A stretch of 64,000 nt of DNA. It comes from Candidatus Omnitrophota bacterium (GTDB lineage: Bacteria > Omnitrophota > Gorgyraeia > JABMRG01). A program made the translations under genes and the position numbers. Shown here piece after piece: positions 1 to 9,375 of this stretch. The stretch is from the NCBI GenBank assembly GCA_041650035.1, contig JBAZLY010000002.1, positions 15,436 through 79,435 on the forward strand. The letters run 5' to 3'. Under the pieces are notes generated by a model. It saw only the letters and a program-made list of their open reading frames with translations, had not been told where the DNA came from and made no database searches. The number at the start of each line of letters is the position of its first letter. Position 1 is the first letter of the stretch.

Positions 1-146
1 GGGCGATCTGGTAAAATTGCCCGAAGGGACGGTATGCGACTGGCGGGTTTTTGAGAATATCCGCAAGGTTTATACCTTCAGATAAAAATAACGGAATAAT
101 TTTTCCTCTTAAGGGTTGTATCTATAAATGACCATCAGGAGGGAAT

Positions 147-293
147 ATGAAAACGTTATACAAATGCCAGATATGCGGAAATATTGTCCAGGGCCCGGTT
201 GAGGAATGGTGCCGGCAATGCGGGGGCCACAGGGTTATATTCAAACGCATAGTCCTAAACGATGACGAGGCCCTGCTGGCCTCACAGGGGTGA
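147..293 (+). CDS. 48-aa zinc-ribbon mini-protein (CxxC...CxxC), not in ORF track
   Basis: ATG at 147 preceded by AGGAGG (137-142); MKTLYKCQICGN...WCRQCGGH contains two CxxC knuckles; stop at 291-293. Confidence 0.35.
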   Translation: MKTLYKCQICGNIVQGPVEEWCRQCGGHRVIFKRIVLNDDEALLASQG

Positions 294-347
294 GGCCGCT
301 TGGGTTTATCACGGAAATACCCTCAAAAATAGACAAGGAGCACATTT

Positions 348-1040
348 ATGAGAACTGCATTCGGTTTTTTTTGCGTTTCAGTAATGTTATTATCGTTTAT
401 GGCCATACCATGCGTGTTCGCCGATAATACAAGTTTGAACATTAAAATAAGTGAGGCGGATGACCTGATACGCGAAATAATGCAGATGCCCGAACAGAGT
501 ATACCTGCCGACCTCTTATCAAAGGCCGAGGGGATAGCAATATTCCCGTCTGTCCTTAAGGGCGGATTTATATTCGGGGCAAGATACGGAACAGGGGTGG
601 CCCTTCACAGGGATAAAAATACCCGTAAATGGAGCGCGCCTTGTTTTTACAGGATAGCGGGCGGCAGCTGGGGCCTTCAAATCGGCGGGCAAATAATCGA
701 CCTAATACTGGTAATAACGAATGAACGCGGCATGAAGGGCCTATTGCAGAATAATTTTACCCTTGGAGGCGATGCCGCTGTATCGGCAGGCCCCATAGGG
801 CGTAATGCCGAGGCAAGCACAGACCTGTTTCTTAAGGCAGGTATCCTCTCTTACTCAAGAAGCAAGGGGCTTTTCGCGGGTATCGCCCTTGACGGCGCCG
901 TATTATCCCCGATAGCGGATGCCAACGAAAACTATTACAACCAAAAGCTTACATCATACGACATACTCATGGCCAATAAGGTCCAGCCTACCGCTGAAGG
1001 CCGGGCGCTTATCGCGACCATTGATAAATATTCCAAATAA
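348..1040 (+). CDS. secreted SYLF/Ysc84-like (DUF500) domain protein
   Basis: N-terminal signal peptide; Gly-rich GGSWGLQIGGQ repeats typical of the SYLF lipid-binding domain. Confidence 0.5.
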   Translation: MRTAFGFFCVSVMLLSFMAIPCVFADNTSLNIKISEADDLIREIMQMPEQSIPADLLSKAEGIAIFPSVLKGGFIFGARYGTGVALHRDKNTRKWSAPCFYRIAGGSWGLQIGGQIIDLILVITNERGMKGLLQNNFTLGGDAAVSAGPIGRNAEASTDLFLKAGILSYSRSKGLFAGIALDGAVLSPIADANENYYNQKLTSYDILMANKVQPTAEGRALIATIDKYSK

Positions 1041-1155
1041 CCTTTAGCATATTTACAATCCGGGGGCCCTGTTTAAATATGCCTTGTCAAGCACCTAAAG
1101 GGCGCGCGTTTAAACCCGGCGGGGCCGGGGTGTTGACAGGGAAAAGGAATAAGAC

Positions 1156-1338
1156 ATGAGAGCTAAAAAGGAAAAGAGAAAGATAATTTTAAAAAAACTC
1201 CGGCACGACATGGAAAAAGACAAGGCTGACCCGCACAGGCTTTCCAAATGGCTTAAGATAACGGAATCAAAGAAGATGCTCTTTACCCTTGAAGATGAGA
1301 TAGATAGGCTCACCGAGGAATTAGGAAACCGGGAATAA
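1156..1338 (+). CDS. small Lys/Arg-rich hypothetical protein (60 aa)
   Basis: ORF with AAGGAA-like RBS, highly basic N-terminus, coiled-coil-like C-terminus; no family recognised. Confidence 0.3.
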   Translation: MRAKKEKRKIILKKLRHDMEKDKADPHRLSKWLKITESKKMLFTLEDEIDRLTEELGNRE

Positions 1339-1350
1339 CCTCCGTCTGTT

Positions 1351-1989
1351 ATGAGAAACAATAACAGGGCCGGGCTTATCGTAAAAAAACTAAAAGCCTT
1401 CCTTCCGGAAAACAAAACATCGCTAAACTATCGCGACCCGTTTGAACTTTTGACCGCCACCATCTTATCGGCGCAATCAACTGACCAAACCGCCAACAGG
1501 GTTTGCGTTGATATATTCAAGAAATATAAAGGTATAACGGGGATCGCGGAAGCAAATTTACGCGAATTCCAGAAGGACATATATCCATCGGGATTTTACA
1601 GGTTAAAGGCGCGTAATATAATAGCGGCGGCAAATATAATACTAAAAAGATTCAAGGGCCGCGTGCCCCGGGGCATGGATGAACTCCTTAGTCTGCCCGG
1701 GGTTGGACGCAAGACTGCCAATATCATCCTCTCAAGCGTGTTTAAGACCTCTGAAGGCATCGCGGTTGACACACATGTAACGAGAGTATCGCGCCGTTTG
1801 GGGCTAAGCTCTAACACGGACCCCGCAAAAATAGAACAAGACCTTATGCGGGCTGTGCCGCGCGAATACTGGCTTGAGTTTAATTACCTGCTGGTAAATT
1901 TCGGGCGCGCGGTCTGCAGGGCAAGGCATCCCCTGTGCGGTATATGTCCCATAAGAGAGCTATGCCGGTTTGCGGAAAGATATCCATGA
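1351..1989 (+). CDS. nth: endonuclease III (DNA glycosylase/AP lyase)
   Basis: HhH-GPD motif LPGVGRKTANI, catalytic region, C-terminal CX6CX2CX5C [4Fe-4S] cluster; collinear with E. coli Nth. Confidence 0.85.
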   Translation: MRNNNRAGLIVKKLKAFLPENKTSLNYRDPFELLTATILSAQSTDQTANRVCVDIFKKYKGITGIAEANLREFQKDIYPSGFYRLKARNIIAAANIILKRFKGRVPRGMDELLSLPGVGRKTANIILSSVFKTSEGIAVDTHVTRVSRRLGLSSNTDPAKIEQDLMRAVPREYWLEFNYLLVNFGRAVCRARHPLCGICPIRELCRFAERYP

Positions 1990-2855
1990 AACATCAGGCG
2001 ATGTTTTTTAAAAAATACAATAATTACGTCCAATGTTATCTTTGCGCGCATAACTGCAGGATAATACCGGGGGGTTTCGGCATTTGCAAAGTAAGAAAAA
2101 ATATTGACGGTGAACTTTTTACCTTTGCTTATGGCATGGCGGCGGCCGCGCATGTAGACCCCATTGAAAAAAAACCACTGTATCACTTCCTGCCCAAGAC
2201 AAAGACATTTTCAATCGCCGCGGCGGGCTGTAATTTCAGATGCAGATTTTGCCAGAATTGGCAGATATCACAGCAAACCGCGGAAAACGGCGGCACATCT
2301 TCAAGGCTTATGCCTGATGACATAGTTCAGGCGGCCATTAGGTCGGGGTGCGCTTCTATTTCATACACCTACACCGAACCTACGGTATTCTTTGAATATT
2401 CATATGACACAGCCAGGCTCGCCAGACAAAAGGGCTTGCGCAATGTATATGTCACCAACGGATATATGGGTAAAGAGGCCCTGGATACCATAGGCCCATA
2501 TCTCGATGCCGCTAACATAGACCTGAAATCCTTTAATGACGGCTTTTATCGGGACATTTGCAAGGGGCGGCTTAAGCCTGTACTTAAGACCATAGAGCGT
2601 ATGTGGTCTAAAGGTATATGGATAGAGATAACGACCCTTCTTATCGCCGGGGAGAACGATTCTTCCGGCGAGTTGCGAGATATTGCCCGTTTTATCGCGG
2701 ACATTGATAAGAATATACCCTGGCATATAAGCAGGTTCCACCCTGACCATAAAATGCTTAACGCTGATATCACGCCTATGGCGCTTATGGAAAAGGCCGG
2801 AGAGATAGGCGCCGGCGCAGGCCTTAAAAATGTTTATCTTGGAAACATTAAATAA
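1986..2855 (+). CDS. AmmeMemoRadiSam-system radical SAM enzyme (PflA-like activase family)
   Basis: N-terminal Cys-rich C.LC..C....G.C followed by DPIEKKPLYHF and radical SAM CNFRCRFCQNW motif; start ATGA overlaps nth stop. Confidence 0.7.
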   Translation: MKHQAMFFKKYNNYVQCYLCAHNCRIIPGGFGICKVRKNIDGELFTFAYGMAAAAHVDPIEKKPLYHFLPKTKTFSIAAAGCNFRCRFCQNWQISQQTAENGGTSSRLMPDDIVQAAIRSGCASISYTYTEPTVFFEYSYDTARLARQKGLRNVYVTNGYMGKEALDTIGPYLDAANIDLKSFNDGFYRDICKGRLKPVLKTIERMWSKGIWIEITTLLIAGENDSSGELRDIARFIADIDKNIPWHISRFHPDHKMLNADITPMALMEKAGEIGAGAGLKNVYLGNIK

Positions 2856-2923
2856 GGGCGTTGGTCATTTAGCCCCTTAATGCGGGGATCTTTCAAACCT
2901 GCTGACAAGCCCTTTAATTAGAG

Positions 2924-2951
2924 TTGACAAAACCCTGATTTTCTATAGAAT
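2924..2951 (+). promoter_or_regulatory. sigma70-type promoter TTGACA-16-TAGAAT upstream of 2982 gene
   Basis: TTGACA at 2924-2929, TAGAAT at 2946-2951, about 30 nt before the ATG. Confidence 0.35.
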
Positions 2952-2981
2952 ATAGTATCACGTTTAAACACGGGATCACGC

Positions 2982-3521
2982 ATGGATATGATGGACAAAT
3001 GGGAAAAGGCCCTCAAGCAGACAGAGATCATCAGGCCCAGGATCCAGCCGCTTCTTACATTCGCGGCCACCGAGATGCCTTATATATTCCTGGCCGAATC
3101 ATCTGTCAATATAGGGGATACTGTCGTAAGAAAAGGCAAGGTCTACGCCGAAAAACCTTCTATTATACTGCCGGGGGATATGCCTTATTTTGAAGGTTTC
3201 AGATTTGAGGAAGAAATGGATACCACAGAATCTATGGTCACAAATTTCCTCTTCATCAGAGGCATACGCTTTCCCTCATATAGATACAATAATATGGCCC
3301 AATCCCTTGATGTTATGGAAGCAAGCCTCAAGAGGGCTGAAGACAAATTCAGGGGGGCATTACAGAAAAAAGAGGACGTGCATACAGGGCTTATCATGGG
3401 CCCTGAAGACTGCTGGCAGTTTTCTGTCCTTATTTATATATGCAGTATGGCCGCCCGGTCAGCGGACAGGGATATCAGGAATATCCTGGACGAGATTGAC
3501 AGAAAAAGAAGGTCATCATAG
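2982..3521 (+). CDS. hypothetical protein (179 aa)
   Basis: Clean ORF with own promoter-like element; no recognisable domain. Confidence 0.5.
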   Translation: MDMMDKWEKALKQTEIIRPRIQPLLTFAATEMPYIFLAESSVNIGDTVVRKGKVYAEKPSIILPGDMPYFEGFRFEEEMDTTESMVTNFLFIRGIRFPSYRYNNMAQSLDVMEASLKRAEDKFRGALQKKEDVHTGLIMGPEDCWQFSVLIYICSMAARSADRDIRNILDEIDRKRRSS

Positions 3522-3529
3522 GAGGCCTT

Positions 3530-4027
3530 ATGCAGACGTTTCAAGCGATAAAGAAAAGGAAAAGCGTCAGGGAATACGGAAAAAAGCCCCTCTCCCGCAG
3601 GCTCTTGACAAGGCTTATCGACGCGGCCAGACTTGCCCCGACCGCCAGAGGTGTGGAGCCGTGGGATTTTGTGGTCATCCAAAAACAAAAAACACTCGAT
3701 GAGATCTCCCGCCTTGCGCCAAATGGGGTATTTATCAAAAACGCGCGCGCCGCTATCGCCGTATTATCACAAGATACAAAATATTATATTGAGGACTGTT
3801 CCGCAGCCACAGAGAACATATTGCTTATGGCAGCCGACGCCGGCATAGGCGCCTGCTGGATAGCAGGCGATAAAAAAGACTACGCCCGCGATACCGCGCG
3901 GCTTTTGAACTGCCCTAAGGACCACAGACTGGTAAGTATTATAGCGCTTGGTTTCCCTTCTAAGAAAGCCTCCGGCGGAAAAAAGAAAAGGCCGCTTAAT
4001 GATGTCATCCATTGGGAGTCGTTCTGA
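3530..4027 (+). CDS. nitroreductase family protein
   Basis: RKS.R.Y...P.....L..L..AA..APTA and C-terminal nitroreductase fold motifs; strong RBS AGGAGG. Confidence 0.8.
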   Translation: MQTFQAIKKRKSVREYGKKPLSRRLLTRLIDAARLAPTARGVEPWDFVVIQKQKTLDEISRLAPNGVFIKNARAAIAVLSQDTKYYIEDCSAATENILLMAADAGIGACWIAGDKKDYARDTARLLNCPKDHRLVSIIALGFPSKKASGGKKKRPLNDVIHWESF

Positions 4028-4302
4028 TGGAGACGGATGATTACGCCGCGTATCTGGCACTGAAAGAACAAGCATATGAATCATTGTGCCTTAGGTGCGG
4101 CAAATGCTGCGGGACAGCGGATGACCCGTGCGTGCATCTTGAAAAAACCAACAAGAATTTATACACTTGCAGGATATACGCAAACAGGCTCGGCAGGCAT
4201 AAAACCATTTCAGGGAAAAACTTCACGTGCGTGCCTATCAAGGAACTTATAAAAAAAGACGCTCTGCCATATGACTGCGCGTATTCAAGGAGAAGGCAAT
4301 GA
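4027..4302 (+). CDS. YkgJ-family cysteine-cluster protein (CxxCxxCC, PF03692-like)
   Basis: CLRCGKCCG motif; ATG overlaps the nitroreductase stop by 1 nt (TGATG). Confidence 0.55.
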   Translation: METDDYAAYLALKEQAYESLCLRCGKCCGTADDPCVHLEKTNKNLYTCRIYANRLGRHKTISGKNFTCVPIKELIKKDALPYDCAYSRRRQ

Positions 4303-4583
4303 GCTTATTGGCAATAATATCATTGATCGCCGGCATAGCGCTTCCTTTTTGGAACATACCGCTTATCGCGCGCATTATCAAAAGAAGGTCCGCCGAAGAT
4401 ATAAGCCTGCTATGGGGTATAGGGGTATGGACCTCATTATTGTTCATGCTCCCGCACGGGCTTATCACGGATGAGATAGTCCTGCGCTGTTTTACCATAT
4501 CAAATTTCTTGTTGTTTACCATAACATTTATTATCGTGCTAATATATCATAAGCCGCGCGGGAAAGACAAAGACAATGGTTAA
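4299..4583 (+). CDS. small 3-TM membrane protein (PQ-loop/SemiSWEET- or LAB_N-like?)
   Basis: 94 aa, three hydrophobic segments, AGGAGAAGG RBS, ATGA overlap with upstream gene. Confidence 0.45.
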   Translation: MSLLAIISLIAGIALPFWNIPLIARIIKRRSAEDISLLWGIGVWTSLLFMLPHGLITDEIVLRCFTISNFLLFTITFIIVLIYHKPRGKDKDNG

Positions 4584-5025
4584 ATTGATATTATTATCCG
4601 CTGCCCTAATAGGTTTATATCCCGTTGAAGCGTCCGCCGAGACCTCGGGCTCACAGGAGACATGGGAATCCATGCTTACAGGGATAAGGCGCTACAGCTC
4701 CGACAGAAAGCTTAATGAACAATTTGAACAATTGCTTAAAAATCATCCCGTGGCAACGGTAAACGGCAGGGTCCATACGGGAGACGGGCTCTATATGGAT
4801 ATGGATGTGGCCGTGTATAACTCCCCGGGCGGATCAAAGATGACACAACTTGCCCCTGATACAATTGTCATCTTAAGCGGCCAATCACGCGAATATGAAG
4901 GCAATACATGGAAAGAGGTGCAATTTTTATACGTATCCCGGTATACAGAGATGGCTGTGGGGATAGAAAAGGCATGGATATTGGAATCCTGCCTGAAGCA
5001 TAATACCGAAGAGGCCTCCCGATGA
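4576..5025 (+). CDS. secreted bacterial SH3-like domain protein
   Basis: Signal peptide (LYPVEASA); C-terminal segment resembles SH3b (NGRVHTG...W.EVQF). Confidence 0.45.
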   Translation: MVKLILLSAALIGLYPVEASAETSGSQETWESMLTGIRRYSSDRKLNEQFEQLLKNHPVATVNGRVHTGDGLYMDMDVAVYNSPGGSKMTQLAPDTIVILSGQSREYEGNTWKEVQFLYVSRYTEMAVGIEKAWILESCLKHNTEEASR

Positions 5026-5633
5026 AAGCTGTAATACTGGCATCGGGCTCAAAGAAACGCTCTCAAATACTGTCCTCGTGCGGGATAAGGCATAAGGTCT
5101 ATATCACCAATGCCGAAGAGGCGCATCTTCAAAATCGTTCGGCCCGGTGGAACGTGATGGAAAACGCCGGAAGAAAGGCCCTTGCCTGCGCGAAGATATA
5201 CAAAAATAATATCATTATTGCCGCCGATACTCTTGTAGTGCTCGATAAAAAACTTATCGGCAAACCGAAAAACAAAGACGAGGCAAAGAAACTTTTCTAT
5301 AGTTTCAGCGGCAGGAAACTGACCGTCTGCACAGGGCTCTGCGTTATGGACACGGCCGCGGCCAAAAAGGTATGCGGGGCCGAGACAAGTTATCTCTATG
5401 CCCGCCGCCTTCTCCGGCATGAGTTTGGAAGGTATTTCGAATCCTTAAAGCCTTATGATAAGGCGGGGGGCTTCTCCATAGAAGGGATAGGGTCATTTCT
5501 CTATGATGATATCCGCGGTTCGTATTTTAATATATTAGGCCTTCCCATGGGCTGCCTTAAAGACCTCTTCAATAAGGCTGGGCTCGAGATACTTGATATC
5601 TGCAACGCGGCCGCGGAAAGGCCCAGCCTATAA
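5022..5633 (+). CDS. maf: Maf-like nucleoside triphosphate pyrophosphatase
   Basis: ILASGS.RR N-terminus, AADT and GKP motifs, GLP C-terminal motif. Confidence 0.85.
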   Translation: MKAVILASGSKKRSQILSSCGIRHKVYITNAEEAHLQNRSARWNVMENAGRKALACAKIYKNNIIIAADTLVVLDKKLIGKPKNKDEAKKLFYSFSGRKLTVCTGLCVMDTAAAKKVCGAETSYLYARRLLRHEFGRYFESLKPYDKAGGFSIEGIGSFLYDDIRGSYFNILGLPMGCLKDLFNKAGLEILDICNAAAERPSL

Positions 5634-5745
5634 CCAGGCATAACCTCTGCCCCGTGCCGCGGTATTATAAAAAAATTCCCTAATCGGCTGATTTGACTTT
5701 ATTATCCGCCGGTTTTTTTATATAATAATTCCGGAGGTAACATTC

Positions 5746-6891
5746 ATGACCGGCGGGAAAAAACCTAAATTACTTATGCTCTATGCCTCGGCAGGGGCCG
5801 GGCATATGCAGGCGGCAAAGGCGCTAAAGGCCGTCTGCCTCGAAAACGGTTATGCCGACGCGGAGGCCATAGATATCCTTGATTATACGCCATCCTACTT
5901 TAAGCAACTCTATAAAGGCAGTTATCTTCAGATTGTAAAGAGAATACCCGAATTATGGGGATATCTTTATGACCGTTCCTATAAATTCAAAAAACCCACT
6001 ATCACAACCCGTCTGCACCACGCCGTAGGCAATATGCATCTTGCTCCACTGTTAAAATATGTTAAAGAGTTTCGGCCTGACGCTATCGTATTCACGCATT
6101 TCCTGGGATGGGACGCCCTTGGCAGTTTAAAAAGCCTGAAGCTTTTTAATATACCGTTTTTCTGTGTGGTAACCGATTTCGCCGTGCACGCCCTCTGGAT
6201 TAATAAATATGTTAACAAATATTACGTGGCAAGCGAGGGTGAAAAGAGGGTGCTCAAACTGCATAATATCAAAGAGAGCGATATATTGATAACAGGCATA
6301 CCCGTCAATCCTGTATTTGCCGCGGATTTTGATAAGGCGGCCCTGCGTGAAAAATTAGGCATCGAGCAGCTCGCGCCCTGCGTCCTTATGATAAGCGGCA
6401 GGTATAATCTCCAGGGTTATGAACAACTCCTGGAATCATTTAAAGACGTGGAGAATTATTGCCATATAATAGTCCTCGCGGGCAAGAATAAATTGCTTGA
6501 GATAAAGATGAAACAAATTACCAAGGGCTTAAAGAACAAAAAGGTCTCCATATACGGGGTCGTGGATAATATGCATGAGCTCATGGCGGCCTGCGATATC
6601 GTAATATCGAAACCGGGCGGGCTTACCACATCCGAGGTTTTGGCAAGTAAGACATTGATGGCTGTCATAGACCCTATACCGGGACAGGAACAAAGAAACT
6701 CCGACTATCTTTTGGAATCAGGCGTGGCCATAAGGATACACGATATGGAGACAGGCGGCAGGAAGATAGCCGATCTTCTCGCCAGCAAAAGGAGACTGGC
6801 TATAATGCGCAGGCATTTAAGGTATGTCTCAAGACCGCGGGCGGCCTATGATATCGTTAAGGATATCACCGCGGAGCTAGGCCGTTTATGA
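5746..6891 (+). CDS. MGDG synthase/UgtP-family glycolipid glycosyltransferase (GT28)
   Basis: N-terminal ASAGAGHMQAAKAL (MGDG_synth domain) and C-terminal GT28 fold; GGAGGT RBS. Confidence 0.7.
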   Translation: MTGGKKPKLLMLYASAGAGHMQAAKALKAVCLENGYADAEAIDILDYTPSYFKQLYKGSYLQIVKRIPELWGYLYDRSYKFKKPTITTRLHHAVGNMHLAPLLKYVKEFRPDAIVFTHFLGWDALGSLKSLKLFNIPFFCVVTDFAVHALWINKYVNKYYVASEGEKRVLKLHNIKESDILITGIPVNPVFAADFDKAALREKLGIEQLAPCVLMISGRYNLQGYEQLLESFKDVENYCHIIVLAGKNKLLEIKMKQITKGLKNKKVSIYGVVDNMHELMAACDIVISKPGGLTTSEVLASKTLMAVIDPIPGQEQRNSDYLLESGVAIRIHDMETGGRKIADLLASKRRLAIMRRHLRYVSRPRAAYDIVKDITAELGRL

Positions 6892-8108
6892 AAACCTTTT
6901 TGGTGATATGCGCGATAATCATGGCCTGCGCCGTATCCGCGGGTATCTATATTTACGCCAACAGGCAGGAACTGCTTAACGCCAATATAGATAAAATAAT
7001 TCGCGCGGGCATACCTGATTATATCCGGATGCAGGAACTAAAGCTTGACATGCCGTCACGGTCAATAACGGTTAAAGGAATTGGCATAGCAAACCCGCCG
7101 GGGTTTAAGAGGGCTGATTTTATCGAGATAGACAGCGTCAGCTCATCATATGAACAAATAAGCAACTGGAATATACTTCGCGGGGTAAGGCTTAAAGGCA
7201 TCAAGGTCTCCGGGGCGAGGTTTTTTCTTGAAAGGAATAAGTTTGGCCTGGTCAACGCGATGAAGATGGACTCTGTTATCGGCGCCAAAGATGCCCGGGT
7301 TAGCGGCGGTATATGGTCAAGGGTGATCGCCCGCGCAGCGGGCCTTTTTATACCCAGGATCGATTTAGATAATATCCTGCGCGTAAAACCTGTATTTGAC
7401 ATAAGCAATGGCGCCATTATATTTGATGACTATTTTATCGGCAACCAGTATCTGCGGACAAGCATAGATATGATAAACGGGAAAGCTGACGCGGATTTTA
7501 AACGCGGATACCGTGGCATAAATTTCCTGACATTCGACGGCAGGGGCATCGTGAATAACACGCCGGGTCAGGGTTTATCATTGTCAGCAAGGTATGACTT
7601 CTCCAAAGACCGAATAATATTGGACAACACCATAGATATCAATAATACCGACATACCACCCTTCAAGCCATACTACGACAGGTTTTCTCCGTTCATATTC
7701 CATTCCGGCAAAGTAAGCGGCAGGCTTATTATCAATATCGACAACGGCCGTATAGATTCTTCGAACAAACTGTTATTTTCAGCTCTTGAGTTGGAGGCCA
7801 AAAAAGACCATAGCTTCAACAAGTTTTGGCCGTCAGGCGTGGGTGACCTTTATAATTATTTTTCTTCCGAAAGAGGGGATATTCTGTTTGATTTTAATGT
7901 AAAGGGGCCTGTTAACGAGCCCAAATTTTACCCCGGACCAAAGACAAAACAGGCCCTGACATATATGGTCATAGATAAGATCGCGGGCGCTATCTTGGGA
8001 GCGGGTAAAGATAGCGCGGATGCCTCCGGAAAGAGCGCTGAAGAGACGGGGGCCGGAGAAGATAAACCCGCGTTAAGCCGTGTAATCGACATAATAAAGG
8101 GCCTTTAA
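6888..8108 (+). CDS. AsmA-family-like membrane-anchored protein
   Basis: N-terminal TM anchor then GIGIANPPGFKRADFIEIDSV, matching the AsmA/YhdP N-terminal hallmark; overlaps GT28 stop (ATGA). Confidence 0.45.
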   Translation: MKTFLVICAIIMACAVSAGIYIYANRQELLNANIDKIIRAGIPDYIRMQELKLDMPSRSITVKGIGIANPPGFKRADFIEIDSVSSSYEQISNWNILRGVRLKGIKVSGARFFLERNKFGLVNAMKMDSVIGAKDARVSGGIWSRVIARAAGLFIPRIDLDNILRVKPVFDISNGAIIFDDYFIGNQYLRTSIDMINGKADADFKRGYRGINFLTFDGRGIVNNTPGQGLSLSARYDFSKDRIILDNTIDINNTDIPPFKPYYDRFSPFIFHSGKVSGRLIINIDNGRIDSSNKLLFSALELEAKKDHSFNKFWPSGVGDLYNYFSSERGDILFDFNVKGPVNEPKFYPGPKTKQALTYMVIDKIAGAILGAGKDSADASGKSAEETGAGEDKPALSRVIDIIKGL

Positions 8109-8155
8109 CCTCTTGCAGACGATAAGAGCGATCACCTAATCAAGGAGACGTTAAT

Positions 8156-9373
8156 ATGAATCCGGTATTGGTAATCGGGATTATCGTTGTTGTGGGTTTT
8201 ATTTTTGGCGAGTTAGCCCAAAAGGCGGGTCTTCCAAGGGTCACGGGTTTTATATTAGCGGGCATATTTCTAAACCCGGATGTAATGACGTTTATGCCCC
8301 ACGCAGCTGCAAAGGCGGCCAATCTTATCATAAATCTCGCTTTGTGTTTTATAACATTTTCTATCGGCGGGACACTCTCTCTGGCAAACCTTAAAAAACT
8401 CGGCAAGGGCATACTTTGGATAACAATACTGGAGGCGCAGTTCGCTTTTCTTTTCGTCACATTCGGCTTCCTGGCACTGATACACCTATTTTTAAAAGGC
8501 CCCGGTATAGGCTGGTTCAACACATATATACCTTTTAGTATATTGATAGGCTGTATCGCGTCACCGACCGACCCCACGCCCGCGCTTGCCATAACGCATG
8601 AATATAATGCCAAAGGCGATGTCACATCAACCATACTCGGGGTCTCTGCCCTGGATGACGCGGCAGGCATTATGAATTTCTGCATAGCTATGGTCATAGC
8701 GGCAACCTTCGCGATGCACACGAATTTCAGCCTTTACCAATCAATAGCAGTGCCTGCCGGCATTATCGCGGGCTCCGTGGGATTCGGTATAGTCTTCGGG
8801 CTCTGCCTGAATGCCATGTCGGTATTCCTTGATAAAAAATCGGACGGCGCGCTTATCGCCGCGCTCTTAGGGATTTTAACACTGTGTTTCGGCGTCACCG
8901 AATCGTTGAAATTTGACGCCCTGCTGGCGACAATGGTCATGGGTATCGTCGCGGTAAACCTTAACCCGATACAACAAAGGATATTCAGCGTCCTGGAACA
9001 GAGCACGGAAGAGCTTATATTTCTTATGTTTTTTGTCGTCAGCGGCATGCAGTTAAACTTTTCAGTAATACCGACCGCTCTGGTTTTGATAGTATTTTTT
9101 GTCGCCTTCAGGATATTAGGAAAATACGCCGGCACACTGTGCGGTGCCATAGCCGCCGGGACATCTGACAACGTGAAAAAATACACGCCGGCCGGATTGA
9201 TACCATACGGAGGCATTGTTGTAGGCCTCGGGCTTTTAATGAAACAGGAGCCGGCCTTTGCCGGTTTCGCGGACATCATAATAGCCGTGGTGATAGGGGG
9301 CACCATACTATCGGAGATAATCGGTTCAATCTTTGTCAAGTTATCGCTTAAAGCGGCGGGGGAGATATCCTGA
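8156..9373 (+). CDS. cation:proton antiporter (Na+/H+ exchanger, CPA family)
   Basis: About 12 TM segments, N-terminus [20 protein letters not shown] typical of KefB/NapA-like exchangers; no KTN domain. Confidence 0.65.
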   Translation: MNPVLVIGIIVVVGFIFGELAQKAGLPRVTGFILAGIFLNPDVMTFMPHAAAKAANLIINLALCFITFSIGGTLSLANLKKLGKGILWITILEAQFAFLFVTFGFLALIHLFLKGPGIGWFNTYIPFSILIGCIASPTDPTPALAITHEYNAKGDVTSTILGVSALDDAAGIMNFCIAMVIAATFAMHTNFSLYQSIAVPAGIIAGSVGFGIVFGLCLNAMSVFLDKKSDGALIAALLGILTLCFGVTESLKFDALLATMVMGIVAVNLNPIQQRIFSVLEQSTEELIFLMFFVVSGMQLNFSVIPTALVLIVFFVAFRILGKYAGTLCGAIAAGTSDNVKKYTPAGLIPYGGIVVGLGLLMKQEPAFAGFADIIIAVVIGGTILSEIIGSIFVKLSLKAAGEIS

Positions 9374-9375
9374 CA

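Noticed and set aside
1110-1415. Antisense and alternative-frame ORFs from the six-frame track (e.g. 1110-1415 minus, 3190-3702 plus, 7019-7417 minus, 8140-8721 minus, 8734-9396 minus, 11701-12312 minus, 40286-40831 plus, 49900-50307 plus, 59100-59567 plus)
   Set aside because: They lie inside or opposite well-supported CDSs with recognisable domains, lack RBSs, and have low-complexity or repetitive translations. They are treated as shadow ORFs.
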